A DNA stretch of 64,000 nt, from contig OZ253462.1 of NCBI GenBank assembly GCA_965261395.1, positions 736,001 through 800,000 of the forward strand. Direction: 5' to 3'. Shown here piece by piece: positions 20,163 to 29,988 of this stretch. Origin of the DNA: Candidatus Latescibacterota bacterium (lineage in GTDB: Bacteria > Latescibacterota > UBA2968 > UBA8231). The notes beneath the pieces are model-generated. The model saw nothing but the letters and a program-made list of their open reading frames with translations, was not told the origin of the DNA and ran no database searches. The stretch's first letter is position 1. Each line of letters begins with the position of its first letter. The position numbers and the translations under genes were made by a program.

Positions 20163-21173
20163 TTAACGCGGCTTGAACTGCACTGCCAATTTCTCTGCCC
20201 ACGCCTTGTTCGCGTCGATCGTGCGCCCGGCGTTGTGCGGCGTATGCACCACGTTGTGCCGCCCCAGCAGTGGGTCGTCTAAAGGCAGCGGCTCTCGATC
20301 CCACACGTCCGCCGCTAGGCTCAGTTCATCGGCCATCACTCGTCGCCGGATTGCGTCGGTATCGCAGATCTTGGCTCTGGTCACCAGCACCACCAGACAG
20401 CCCTTGGGCAGCGCGTCGATGTGCCCGGCCTCGACCAAGCCGCGCGTCGATTCCGTCAGCGGCACCATGGGCGCGAACACTTCGGCATCGGCGACTAGCT
20501 GCTCCAGATGGTACTCGCGGCGCGACCCGGCCCGGTGAAAGCACGGCTCCGTGGCAAACGGATCCCAAGCCGCCACCTCGGCTCCCAGCATCGCGGCGAA
20601 ACTGGCGTAGCGGCTGGCGATATTGCCGGCCCCGACGATCCGCACCCGCTTGCCGCACAGCGTGCCGCTGGCAAAGGCAGGGTTGTCGCCAAACTGGTGG
20701 CCGCGCGCCCCGGGCCGGCCTTGACCCTCGGGCGGCTCGTAGTTCCAAGGCGCTTGGCTTTGGATGATCTCGCGGTGCAACTGCGGAATCCGCCGCAGAC
20801 CGCACAGCGTCAAGGCCAAGCCAAACTCCGCCACGGTCTGCGACCAAAACCCCTCGCTCGGATGGTCGTACACCGCGACGCCGGCCTCGGCCAAATACTC
20901 GTTACAGCCCCCGCCTAGCCGCCGGCCATAAGACCCCTGAAAGGTCGCTTCCTGCAAGGCCGTAAAAAGTCGCAGACACGTCAGGCTTACTGGCACCCCT
21001 AGCGTAGCCAACCGCGTCACGCGGCTCGGATCCTCGACGAGCTCGCCCAAGGGCCGCTCGTCTCCGTGCGCTAGGCGCACAAAGCCCGCTTCGGGCCACA
21101 AGGTGCGGAAGTGGTCGGCGGCAAAGGGCCAAACTCCGTCAAAATCTGGATGAACGACGATCAAATCGCCCAT
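20163..21173 (-). CDS. D-2-hydroxyacid dehydrogenase family protein
   Basis: IVGAGNI, PLTESTRGLV, DVWDREPL, TPHNAG. Confidence 0.88.
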   Translation of the reverse strand: MGDLIVVHPDFDGVWPFAADHFRTLWPEAGFVRLAHGDERPLGELVEDPSRVTRLATLGVPVSLTCLRLFTALQEATFQGSYGRRLGGGCNEYLAEAGVAVYDHPSEGFWSQTVAEFGLALTLCGLRRIPQLHREIIQSQAPWNYEPPEGQGRPGARGHQFGDNPAFASGTLCGKRVRIVGAGNIASRYASFAAMLGAEVAAWDPFATEPCFHRAGSRREYHLEQLVADAEVFAPMVPLTESTRGLVEAGHIDALPKGCLVVLVTRAKICDTDAIRRRVMADELSLAADVWDREPLPLDDPLLGRHNVVHTPHNAGRTIDANKAWAEKLAVQFKPR

Positions 21174-21174
21174 G

Positions 21175-22065
21175 TTATTCGCTCTCCTGACAAAAAAACG
21201 GCTGCGTCCAAGCAAACGCCTCTCCTGCGCCCCAGCACTCAAAGCGCACGTACCCCGCCTGTGCCGGCACTTCCACCTCAATTTCCCGCCCATCGGCCAC
21301 GGCTATCCGCTTTGCGCCGGCGCGCAAGGCCACGATCCGCGCTGCATTCTCCGTCTCAATCCAAATCCTGTTTCCCTCGACTTGGATCTGGTTGATCTCA
21401 ACTCCCGTCGAGGCGTAAAAGCGACCGGCGCACAGGGCCTCCATCACGCCACTGGCCGTCTCCTCCTCCACATAGGCCACATTCCACCCCAATCCCACAT
21501 CGCCCTCGGCCGCGTGGCTGTCGTCGTTGGCAAACCCCCACAGGCGTCTTCCCGCGCTCAGCAGCATGTCCCAGCGATTCGTCGCGTAGGGGCTGCCGTC
21601 CAAGCGGCTGATCACGCCGTTGTATATTTCCAAGCCCACATAGCCCTCGCAGGCTTGCAAAAGCTCCTGCGGACAGTGGTTGAAATTGCCGTGCCAGTTG
21701 GGATGGTTGAAAAGGGCAAAACCACCGCCCGATTCGTCGACCTCGTCGATTACCTGCTGTCGGTCCGCATGGGGTGCAACCCACGCTGTGGACCCTACGT
21801 GCAAAACGTGCGGGCCGTTGGCGGAAATCTCATTGCCCGGCACCAAAATCATTCCTTGGGCGTCGTATTGCTCGTAGTCTTCCAAGGACGTATGGATGTC
21901 GTGATCGGTGATCGCCAAGAAGCCGTAGCCGCGGCCCGCGTAGTCGTCGATTACCGCTTGGTGATCGCGCTCGCCGTCGCTGGCGGTGGTGTGCGCGTGT
22001 AGGTTGCCGACTAGCCAGCGTCCTTCGCGCAAATTCTGCAAATTCTGATAGGGATGTTCGATCAT
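21175..22065 (-). CDS. PHP-domain metallohydrolase (CehA/McbA-like)
   Basis: NLHAHTTASDG, ITDH, NHP, NDDSH. Confidence 0.88.
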   Translation of the reverse strand: MIEHPYQNLQNLREGRWLVGNLHAHTTASDGERDHQAVIDDYAGRGYGFLAITDHDIHTSLEDYEQYDAQGMILVPGNEISANGPHVLHVGSTAWVAPHADRQQVIDEVDESGGGFALFNHPNWHGNFNHCPQELLQACEGYVGLEIYNGVISRLDGSPYATNRWDMLLSAGRRLWGFANDDSHAAEGDVGLGWNVAYVEEETASGVMEALCAGRFYASTGVEINQIQVEGNRIWIETENAARIVALRAGAKRIAVADGREIEVEVPAQAGYVRFECWGAGEAFAWTQPFFCQESE

Positions 22066-22236
22066 CGGATTCTCCTCTGTTGGAAAGTGTCTCAAGATAT
22101 GGGAGCACCCTGCGGGCGACAAGGGAAGAGTGCCGCCGGGGCAGTATTGACGCAAAAAGTAAGTGGCCCTTTAATACAGGCCCGTAAAGAAATAAATTTT
22201 AAGCACGCATAATTGAACTTTCGCCACAGGATCCCG

Positions 22237-22421
22237 ATGAAAATCACCGATATCCGCACGCTCTCGCTCTCGCGCACCCACTGGCTTGGTTTGAGGAGCC
22301 GGTCGAAGCCGGCCACTTGATTCTGCCCGACGCCCCAGGCTTCGGCGTCGAACTGGCCGACGATCTTGAGACTCGCTTTCCTTATATTGAAGGCTCTTGG
22401 GGCAATCCCGTCCAACGCTGA
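22237..22421 (+). pseudogene. Collapsed mandelate racemase/muconate lactonizing enzyme remnant
   Basis: MKITDIRT (N-terminus), then in a shifted frame LAWFEEPV (middle) joined to EAGHLILPDAPGFGVEL (C-terminus). Confidence 0.8.
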
Positions 22422-22427
22422 GGACTT

Positions 22428-23261
22428 ATGGTCACCGACCTCGAAAATTATCTCTTCGACCTGCGCGGCTACTTGCACTTAGAAGGGGCACTTAGCGCCA
22501 ACGAGGTCAAAGATCTCAACGATTGCCTCGACGCCATCCCGCCGCTAGAGCCGGGCGACTGGTACGGCCCTGTCCACGCCCATACCTATGGCACCGTCGA
22601 TGGCCTCAACTTGCAGCAGATCTACGAGGCGGGCGAACCTTTTGAGCGGATGATTGACCATCCCGCTTGGATCGAGAAAGTGCAGCACTTCGTCGGCGGC
22701 GAGGGCACGTTCGACTACGCACACGGGCCGCTCTTCATCGACGAAAACTTTGCCAATTTTCGCCAGCCCGGGGAGGCTATCGGCCTGCACTCCGGCGGCT
22801 ATCCGCCCATCATGCGCAACCAATTTCGCTACCACGGCGGACGCTACATGTGCGGCCAAATCAACATCCTCGTCGCGCTCACGGACATCGGCCCGGGCGA
22901 CGGCGGAACCATGCTGATCCCCGGCAGCCACAAGTCCAACTTCACGCATCCCGACTTAGACCGGCATCGCATGCGGCCCGAAGGTGCCACCGTCGAGGGC
23001 ATCACCGGTGCGGTCGAGTGCCAAATGGCCAAGGGCGACGCCTTGCTCTTTGTCGATGGCCTCTCGCACGGCTCGGCTCGGCGCCAAAACGAGGGCACCC
23101 GCCGTATTTTCGTCTATCGCTACGGGCCATCTTGGGGCAACTTTCGCCACGGCTACCATCCCTCGGACGAGCTGTTGGCGCGCCTGACGCCCGAGCGGCG
23201 GCAGATTGTCTGGCCGCAGAGGCCCCGTCCCCAAGGACCGCAAAAAAAGGCTACTGAGTAG
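22428..23261 (+). CDS. PhyH family protein with HxG (HSG) motif
   Basis: YLFDLRGYL, GLHSGG, LTDIGPGDGG..IPGSHK, LSHG. Confidence 0.88.
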   Translation: MVTDLENYLFDLRGYLHLEGALSANEVKDLNDCLDAIPPLEPGDWYGPVHAHTYGTVDGLNLQQIYEAGEPFERMIDHPAWIEKVQHFVGGEGTFDYAHGPLFIDENFANFRQPGEAIGLHSGGYPPIMRNQFRYHGGRYMCGQINILVALTDIGPGDGGTMLIPGSHKSNFTHPDLDRHRMRPEGATVEGITGAVECQMAKGDALLFVDGLSHGSARRQNEGTRRIFVYRYGPSWGNFRHGYHPSDELLARLTPERRQIVWPQRPRPQGPQKKATE

Positions 23262-23266
23262 ATTCC

Positions 23267-24148
23267 ATGAAGGGCATCATTCTCGCCGGCGGCCAAGGCA
23301 CGCGCCTTTACCCCTTGACCGTATCGGTCTCCAAGCAGATCCTGCCGATCTTCGACAAGCCGATGATCTACTACCCGCTCTCGGTGCTCATGCTGGCCGA
23401 TATCCGCGAGATCCTCATCATCTCCAGCCCAGAGTACATCGACCTCTATCGCCAGCTCTTCGGCGACGGCGAGCGGCTGGGGCTGAGCATTGAATACGCG
23501 GTCCAAGACCGGCCCGAGGGCGTGGCCCACGCCTTTGTCGTGGGGGCCGATTTCGCCGACTGCGACCCCTGTGCCTTGATATTCGGCGACAACTTCCTCT
23601 ACGGGCACGGCCTGACGGCGATTCTACAGCGCGCCTGCCAACTGCGGGAGGGAGGGTTGGTCTTCGCTTACTACGTAAAGGATCCCACGCGCTACGGAGT
23701 CGTCGAATTCGATGCCGAGGGCAACGCTATCAGCATTGAAGAGAAGCCGCAAAACCCCAAGTCCAACTACGCGGTCATCGGCCTTTACTTTTACGACGGG
23801 GAGGTCGTTGACATCGTCCGCGGCCTCAAACCCTCGACCCGCGGCGAGCTGGAGATTACCGATGTCAACATCGAGTATCTGCGCCGCCAGCAGCTCAAGG
23901 TCGAGGTGTTGGGGCGGGGCTTTGCCTGGCTCGACACCGGCACGCACGAGAGTCTGCTAGAGGCCAGCAACTTCGTCCAAACCATCGAGCACCGGCAGGG
24001 GCTCAAAGTGGGCTGCGTCGAGGAAATAGCGTACCGCAAGGGCTACATTGGCGAGGAACAGCTCCTCCGCATCGCCAATTACTCCCCAGACAATGCGTAT
24101 TGTCTCTATCTGAAGCACCTCGTCGAACAGCCCGGGCCGACGTTCTAA
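23267..24148 (+). CDS. rfbA: Glucose-1-phosphate thymidylyltransferase
   Basis: MKGIILAGGQGTRLYP, KPMIYYPL, EEKP..PKSN, RGELEITD, AWLDTGT. Confidence 0.97.
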   Translation: MKGIILAGGQGTRLYPLTVSVSKQILPIFDKPMIYYPLSVLMLADIREILIISSPEYIDLYRQLFGDGERLGLSIEYAVQDRPEGVAHAFVVGADFADCDPCALIFGDNFLYGHGLTAILQRACQLREGGLVFAYYVKDPTRYGVVEFDAEGNAISIEEKPQNPKSNYAVIGLYFYDGEVVDIVRGLKPSTRGELEITDVNIEYLRRQQLKVEVLGRGFAWLDTGTHESLLEASNFVQTIEHRQGLKVGCVEEIAYRKGYIGEEQLLRIANYSPDNAYCLYLKHLVEQPGPTF

Positions 24149-24222
24149 CGCCTTTTGACTTATCGGCCCGCCGCCCTACCTTAATATTTTTCACTTTCCG
24201 CGCAGTCATTATAGATATAGAC

Positions 24223-24474
24223 ATGAAGCAACTCGCACTCGACAGCCCAATCGCCCAGGGGCTCGACCTAGCCTTCGTGGGCATGAGCATCGTCTTCACT
24301 GCCCTGGTATTGGTCAGCGTTTTTATCGCCGTCTTGCCGAGAATCCTCGCCGCGATCAACCCCTATATTCCCCCAGCACAACTCCACACACAGAGCCAGG
24401 ACAAGGAAACCGACGCAGCCGCAATCGCCGCGGCCATCGGCTTCGCCCTGCACGCGCGCCGCCAAAACGACTAA
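24223..24474 (+). CDS. oadG: Na+-translocating decarboxylase gamma subunit
   Basis: GMSIVF TM helix and AAIAAAI motif; directly upstream of oadB. Confidence 0.85.
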   Translation: MKQLALDSPIAQGLDLAFVGMSIVFTALVLVSVFIAVLPRILAAINPYIPPAQLHTQSQDKETDAAAIAAAIGFALHARRQND

Positions 24475-24480
24475 ACGGCC

Positions 24481-25608
24481 ATGGAGATTCTCCTCGAATT
24501 CCTCACCACCACGGCCGTGGCCAACATGTCGGGCGGCAACCTGTTGATGATCGCTATCGGCGCGGTCTTCATCCTCCTCGCCATCCGCAAAGACTACGAG
24601 CCGCTGCTGCTGTTGCCGATTGGCTTCGGCTGCATCGTGGGTAATCTCCCGTCTATCTCCAGCATGGCCATCGGCGTGTACGACAAAGGCAGCGTGCTCT
24701 ACTACATCTACTTTGGCGTCAGCCAAGGGATCTTTCCGCCGCTGATCTTTCTCGGCATCGGCGCGATGACCGATTTCTCGACCATGCTCTCCAGCCCTCG
24801 GCTGGTGCTGCTGGGGGCTGCGGCGCAGACGGGCATTTTCCTGACCTTGATCGGCGCGCTTTACCTAGGCTTCACTCCTACCGAGGCCGGGGCCATCGGC
24901 ATTATCGGCGGGGCCGACGGGCCGACGGCGATCTTCCTCGCGGCCAAGCTGGCTCCTCACCTGCTCGGGGCTATCGCCATTGCTGCGTACTCCTACATGG
25001 CCCTCGTGCCGGTCATCCAGCCACCGGTGATGAAACTTTTGACCACTCGCCGCGAACGGCTGATTCGCATGAAGCCCCCGCGCGAGGTCTCGCAGCGCGA
25101 AAAGATTATCTTTCCCATCGCCGCCTTCCTCATCTGCGCGCTCCTCGCCCCGGGCGCGATCGGCTTGATCGGCATGCTGTTCTTCGGCAATCTGCTCAAG
25201 GAAAGCGGCGTCACCGAGCGCTTGGCCCAGACCGCCCGCACCGCGATGGTCGATATCGTCACCATCCTCCTCGGGTTCTCAGTGGGCTGCTCGACCCAAG
25301 CCCAAACCTTTCTCACGCCGCAGTCGGTACTCATCTTCAGCCTCGGCGCTCTGTCCTTTGCAGTCGCCACGGCCAGCGGCGTACTCTTCGCCAAGTTTTT
25401 GAACCTCTTCACCAAAGACAAAATCAACCCTCTCGTCGGCGCTGCCGGGGTCTCGGCTGTGCCCGACTCGGCCCGCGTGGTGCAGATGATGGGCCAGCGG
25501 GAAGACCCCAATAACTACCTGCTGATGCATGCGATGGCCCCCAATATCGCCGGGGTCATCGGCTCGGCGGTAGCTGCCGGCGTCTTGTGGTCCGTGCTGG
25601 TGGGATAG
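24481..25608 (+). CDS. oadB: Na+-translocating decarboxylase beta subunit
   Basis: EPLLLLPIGFG, IGIIGGADGPT, GVSAVP, NIAGVIGS. Confidence 0.96.
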   Translation: MEILLEFLTTTAVANMSGGNLLMIAIGAVFILLAIRKDYEPLLLLPIGFGCIVGNLPSISSMAIGVYDKGSVLYYIYFGVSQGIFPPLIFLGIGAMTDFSTMLSSPRLVLLGAAAQTGIFLTLIGALYLGFTPTEAGAIGIIGGADGPTAIFLAAKLAPHLLGAIAIAAYSYMALVPVIQPPVMKLLTTRRERLIRMKPPREVSQREKIIFPIAAFLICALLAPGAIGLIGMLFFGNLLKESGVTERLAQTARTAMVDIVTILLGFSVGCSTQAQTFLTPQSVLIFSLGALSFAVATASGVLFAKFLNLFTKDKINPLVGAAGVSAVPDSARVVQMMGQREDPNNYLLMHAMAPNIAGVIGSAVAAGVLWSVLVG

Positions 25609-25625
25609 ACAACGAGGATGCGACC

Positions 25626-27425
25626 GTGAACAAGAAGAAAGTTCGCTTCATGTGTACCGCCTTTCGCGACGGCTTCCAGTCGGTCTATGGAGCGCGCGTT
25701 TTCACGTCCGATTTTCTGCCCGCCGTCGCCGCGGCCAAGGAAGCTGGCATCGACTACTTCGAGGCCGGCGGCGGGGCTTGCTTCCAATCGTTCTACTTCT
25801 ACTGCGGCGAAGACGCCTTTGCCGCGATGGACGCCTTTCGCGCAACGGTCGGCCCGGATGCCGACCTACAAACCTTGGCGCGGGGAGTCAACGTGGTCGG
25901 TCTCGAATCGCAGCCGAGCGACATCGTCAAGCTCCACGCCGAGCTCTTCAAAAAGCACGGCATCACGACCATCCGCAATTTCGATGCGCTCAACGATGTC
26001 GATAACCTCATCTACTCGGGGCAGTGCATCGTCGATGCCGGGCTCAAACACCAAGTCTGCATCACGCTGATGGAGCTGCCTCCGGGCTGCTCTGGTGCCC
26101 ACGACGCGGCCTTCTACACCGATACCTTGCGCCAGATACTAGACGCCGGCATCCCGTACGACGCCGTCTGCTTCAAGGATGCCTCGGGCACGGCCGTCCC
26201 CGCCAAAGTCTATGAAACCATCTCCGAGGCGCGTCTCATGCTGCCCGAGGACACCTTCATCCACTTCCACACGCACGAAACGGCCGGCATTGGCGTCAGT
26301 GCCAACATGGCCGCCCTCGACGCCGGTGCCAACGCCATCGACCTGTCTATGGCTCCTTGCTCTGGCGGCACCTGCCAGCCCGACATCATCGTCATGTGGC
26401 ACGCGCTGCGCGGCTCCGACTACGACCTCGACATCGACATCGACAAAATCCGCGACGCCGAGGAAGTCTTCAAGGAGTGCATGGCCGACTACTTCCTGCC
26501 GCCCGAAGCGGTGGCCGTGGAGCCGATGATTCCCTGGAGCCCCATGCCCGGCGGCGCGCTGACGGCCAACACCCAGATGCTGCGCGACAACGGCATCATG
26601 GACAAGTACCCGGATATGATCAAGGCCATGCGCGAGGTCGTCGAAAAGGGCGGGTTCGGCACCTCGGTGACGCCGGTCTCGCAATTTTACTTTCAGCAGG
26701 CTTTCAACAACGTCATGTTCGGTCCTTGGGAGCGGATCGCCGCGCCCTACGGCCAGATGGTCTTGGGCTACTTCGGCAAGACGCCGGTCGCGCCCGACCC
26801 CTCAGTCGTCGAAATCGCCGCTCAACAGCTCGAGCTAGAGCCAACGACCCAAAATCCACTCGAACGCAACGACGCCGACCCAAACAAGGGCGTCGAACCG
26901 GCCCGCAAACAACTACAAGAAGCCGGCCTCGCCGAGACAGACGAAAACATTTTCATCGTCGCCACCTGCCAAGACAAGGGCCTCGCCTTCCTCCAGGGAG
27001 AAGGCGAGATCGGCGTGCGCAAGGTGGAGAGAAAGCAAAAGGAAGAGGCCCCAACCGACGGTCCGGCGCACTATGCGATCACCGTCGATGGCCGTCGCTA
27101 TGCCGTAGCCATTGATGGCGACACGGCCACCGTGGATGGCCGCCGCTTCCAAGTCAGCTTGGATCCAGCGACCGATGGGGCGGCTCCCCCGCCGGCGCCC
27201 AAGGCTGATGGGGGCACACCCGTGCAAGCCCAGATGCCCGGGAAAGTAATCCGCTATCTTGCCCAAGTCGGCGACCGCGTAGAAGCGGGCGACGGAATCA
27301 TAGTGCTCGAAGCCATGAAAATGGAAATGCCGGTAACGGCTCCCGTCGGGGGCACGGTCACCGATATTTCGGTGGATGCCGGAGATCAGGTGGCCAACGG
27401 ACAGGTGCTAGCGCACATAAGCTAA
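25626..27425 (+). CDS. oadA: Oxaloacetate decarboxylase alpha subunit (carboxyltransferase plus biotinyl domain)
   Basis: FRDGFQS, FDALND, HTH, MPGG, VTPVSQ, EAMKM; GTG start after GAGGA. Confidence 0.9.
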   Translation: MNKKKVRFMCTAFRDGFQSVYGARVFTSDFLPAVAAAKEAGIDYFEAGGGACFQSFYFYCGEDAFAAMDAFRATVGPDADLQTLARGVNVVGLESQPSDIVKLHAELFKKHGITTIRNFDALNDVDNLIYSGQCIVDAGLKHQVCITLMELPPGCSGAHDAAFYTDTLRQILDAGIPYDAVCFKDASGTAVPAKVYETISEARLMLPEDTFIHFHTHETAGIGVSANMAALDAGANAIDLSMAPCSGGTCQPDIIVMWHALRGSDYDLDIDIDKIRDAEEVFKECMADYFLPPEAVAVEPMIPWSPMPGGALTANTQMLRDNGIMDKYPDMIKAMREVVEKGGFGTSVTPVSQFYFQQAFNNVMFGPWERIAAPYGQMVLGYFGKTPVAPDPSVVEIAAQQLELEPTTQNPLERNDADPNKGVEPARKQLQEAGLAETDENIFIVATCQDKGLAFLQGEGEIGVRKVERKQKEEAPTDGPAHYAITVDGRRYAVAIDGDTATVDGRRFQVSLDPATDGAAPPPAPKADGGTPVQAQMPGKVIRYLAQVGDRVEAGDGIIVLEAMKMEMPVTAPVGGTVTDISVDAGDQVANGQVLAHIS

Positions 27426-28126
27426 GCCACCTCCCCGGTCCACACCTCGCGCCGCGTCCCGTCGTCCTCGCGCAGCAGCAGTTGTCCGGCGGCACCAAAG
27501 CCTAGCACCACGCCCGTGTGCCCACCGACTGCGACGTACTGGCCTAAGTTGGCGCAGTGAGACTCCCACGCCGCACTCAGCGCCGCAAAGCCGCCTTTTC
27601 CCCAGCGCCCGATCCACACCTGCAAATGCGCCAGCAGTTCGTCCAAAGTCCTCTCGACATCTCGCTCGGCCCCCGTCTCAATCCGCAGCGAAGTAGCGGG
27701 CTGGCCGATGGACGCCGCCTCGTCGGCATCCATGTTGACGTTGAGGCCGATTCCGAGGACGACCCCATTGCAGCGCTCGGCCAAAATGCCGCAGATCTTG
27801 CGACCGCCCACTAGCACATCGTTGGGCCACTTGGTCTGAGCCGCCAAGCCCTTTTCCTCTAAATAGGCCACCACACCCAAAGCAGCGGCCTGCGGCAGCG
27901 ACAGAAACTGCAACGGCGACGCATCGCTCCGCAACAACACGGAAAAGGTCAGATTGCGGCCGGGCCGGGCGAGCCACTGCCGCTCGTAGCGACCCCGGCC
28001 AGCGGTCTGAGAACGAGCGGCGAGCACGAAGCCGTCGGGCAGGTCTCGGCCCTCGCGCAGCCACTCGACCAAGGTTGTATTAGTCGAGGGCAGTTCATCG
28101 TGCCACTGGGGTTTTTGGAATTGCAT
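27422..28126 (-). CDS. birA: Biotin-protein ligase (no HTH domain)
   Basis: PSTN, QTAGRGR, KWPND, KICGIL, GIGLNV. Confidence 0.93.
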   Translation of the reverse strand: MQFQKPQWHDELPSTNTTLVEWLREGRDLPDGFVLAARSQTAGRGRYERQWLARPGRNLTFSVLLRSDASPLQFLSLPQAAALGVVAYLEEKGLAAQTKWPNDVLVGGRKICGILAERCNGVVLGIGLNVNMDADEAASIGQPATSLRIETGAERDVERTLDELLAHLQVWIGRWGKGGFAALSAAWESHCANLGQYVAVGGHTGVVLGFGAAGQLLLREDDGTRREVWTGEVA

Positions 28127-28256
28127 CGTTCTAAAATATATATGACGAAGGTCGTGCGCCGGGAGAGCTCGCATTTGACCATGAGCTACGCCTTGGTATT
28201 ATTGTACAAGTTCCCTTCGAGCCGATCTCATGCCTTTTATCTATGGAGCCTCTCTC

Positions 28257-29630
28257 ATGCCTGTTTCTAGACGCCAATTCCTCAAAAGCGCGGCGGCCGT
28301 TTCCATCGGCTTTGCCGGCCTCCATCGTCACCTCGCGTGGGGCGCTCCAGCGCTCGAAAATAGCTTTGGGCCGCTCGTGCCCGACCCCGGAGGCATCCTC
28401 GACCTGCCCGAGGGTTTTAGCTATCGGGTTCTCGCACGCGCCGGCGAACTCATGGACGATGGTCTGCGATTGCCGGGCGCAGCCGACGGGATGGCTGCCT
28501 TCCCCGGGCCAGAAGGCCGCGTCGTTTTGGTGTGCAACCAAGAGCTGAGCCCCGGGTCGAAAGAAGCCGGTGCCTTTGGCGACGACAACGAGAATCTGGG
28601 CAAACTGCCCAAAGAAGATCTGTACGACTGGGGCCAAGGCCAGATGCCGTCCTTGGGCGGCACCACGAACATCGTGTACAACGCGCAAACCGGCGCAGTG
28701 GAGCGAAAATTTCTCAGCTTGGCCGGCACGGTGCGCAACTGCGCCGGTGGGCCGACCCCTTGGCATAGCTGGATTAGCTGCGAAGAGACGACCCAGCGGA
28801 TCGACGGGCCGATCGAAAAAGACCATGGCTACAACTTCGAGGTCCCCGCTACCACAGAAATCCGCCGCGCCGCGCCAGTGCCGCTCAAGGCCATGGGGCG
28901 CTTCGTGCACGAGGCCATCGCCGTCGATCCTCGCTCGGGAATCGTCTATCAGACCGAAGATACCGGCGACAGCTTGATCTACCGCTACATCCCCGACGCA
29001 CCGGGCAAACTAATAGCCGGCCGACTGCAAGCCTTAGCCGTAATCGACCATCCCGGCTTGGACACCCGCAACTGGGAAAAAGAGCTGGTGCGCCCAGGCG
29101 AGCCGCTCGCCGTGCGCTGGGTCGATATAGAAAACGTCGAGTCGCCAGACAACGACTTGCGCATTCAGGGCTTTGAGGGCAAGGGCTGCGCCCGCTTTGC
29201 CCGCGGCGAGGGCATGTGGTACGGCCGCGATGCGATTTACTTTGTCTGCACCAGCGGCGGCCGCAAAAAGAAAGGCCAGATCTTCCGCTACCAGCCTAGC
29301 CCGCACGAGGGCACGGCCGATGAGGGCAAGGCTCCGGGGACGCTCGAACTCTTTGTCGAGCCAAACGACGGCGACCTAGTCGACAACGCCGACAACCTCA
29401 CGGTCTCGCCCTTTGGCGACTTGATCGTCTGCGAAGACGGCAGCGGGGAAAACAACCTAGTCGGCGTAACGCCCGCCGGCCAGCTCTACCGCTTCGGGCA
29501 CAACCGCATGAACAATTCCGAATTCGCCGGCGCGACCTTCTCGCCCGACGGCCAAGTGCTCTTCGTCAATATCCAGCATCCCGGCACCACGCTGGCCATC
29601 TACGGCCCCTGGGATCAGCGGCGGTCCTGA
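28257..29630 (+). CDS. phoX: Tat-exported PhoX (DUF839) alkaline phosphatase
   Basis: SRRQFLK Tat motif, NCAGGPTPW..W.SCEE, GRFVHEA, DN(L), CEDG, NIQHPG. Confidence 0.92.
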   Translation: MPVSRRQFLKSAAAVSIGFAGLHRHLAWGAPALENSFGPLVPDPGGILDLPEGFSYRVLARAGELMDDGLRLPGAADGMAAFPGPEGRVVLVCNQELSPGSKEAGAFGDDNENLGKLPKEDLYDWGQGQMPSLGGTTNIVYNAQTGAVERKFLSLAGTVRNCAGGPTPWHSWISCEETTQRIDGPIEKDHGYNFEVPATTEIRRAAPVPLKAMGRFVHEAIAVDPRSGIVYQTEDTGDSLIYRYIPDAPGKLIAGRLQALAVIDHPGLDTRNWEKELVRPGEPLAVRWVDIENVESPDNDLRIQGFEGKGCARFARGEGMWYGRDAIYFVCTSGGRKKKGQIFRYQPSPHEGTADEGKAPGTLELFVEPNDGDLVDNADNLTVSPFGDLIVCEDGSGENNLVGVTPAGQLYRFGHNRMNNSEFAGATFSPDGQVLFVNIQHPGTTLAIYGPWDQRRS

Positions 29631-29728
29631 ACGTCCAAGCAGGGCAGCTAGTTCTCAAAGCCATTTGCAGTGGCTAGTCCCCTCCGGGGATGGCTGAGCC
29701 TGAGTCCGGCAGACGATACAGAGTTGTG
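29619..29728 (+). repeat. Direct repeat A, left copy (phoX 3' end plus downstream sequence)
   Basis: 29619-29670 matches 31191-31242 at 49/52; 29698-29728 matches 31258-31288 at 28/31. Confidence 0.9.
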
Positions 29729-29952
29729 ATTAGGGTGAGCTTGAGTTCGTTCCTCGATTTTGACGATTCCGGCGTCCAATCCGCAATAAGCTCGGAAGCT
29801 TCGAGCGCCTTCAGCGATAGGCGAATAAAGCTTTGAATCCGGCCACTCCTAGCCGCGTTTTCCCTTCCGCGTCTTGGCTTCAAACACCGGATCTGCCTTT
29901 TTATGGGACTCACACATCCAATGTCCCCACACTGATTAGTATAAAATAGGGG

Positions 29953-29980
29953 TTGACAAGGGGTTTATGGCCTTGACAAT
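29953..29980 (+). promoter_or_regulatory. Putative sigma70 promoter giving a leaderless transcript
   Basis: TTGACA-16 nt-GACAAT ends 8 nt before ATG 29989; no Shine-Dalgarno. Confidence 0.4.
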
Positions 29981-29988
29981 TTCAACAT

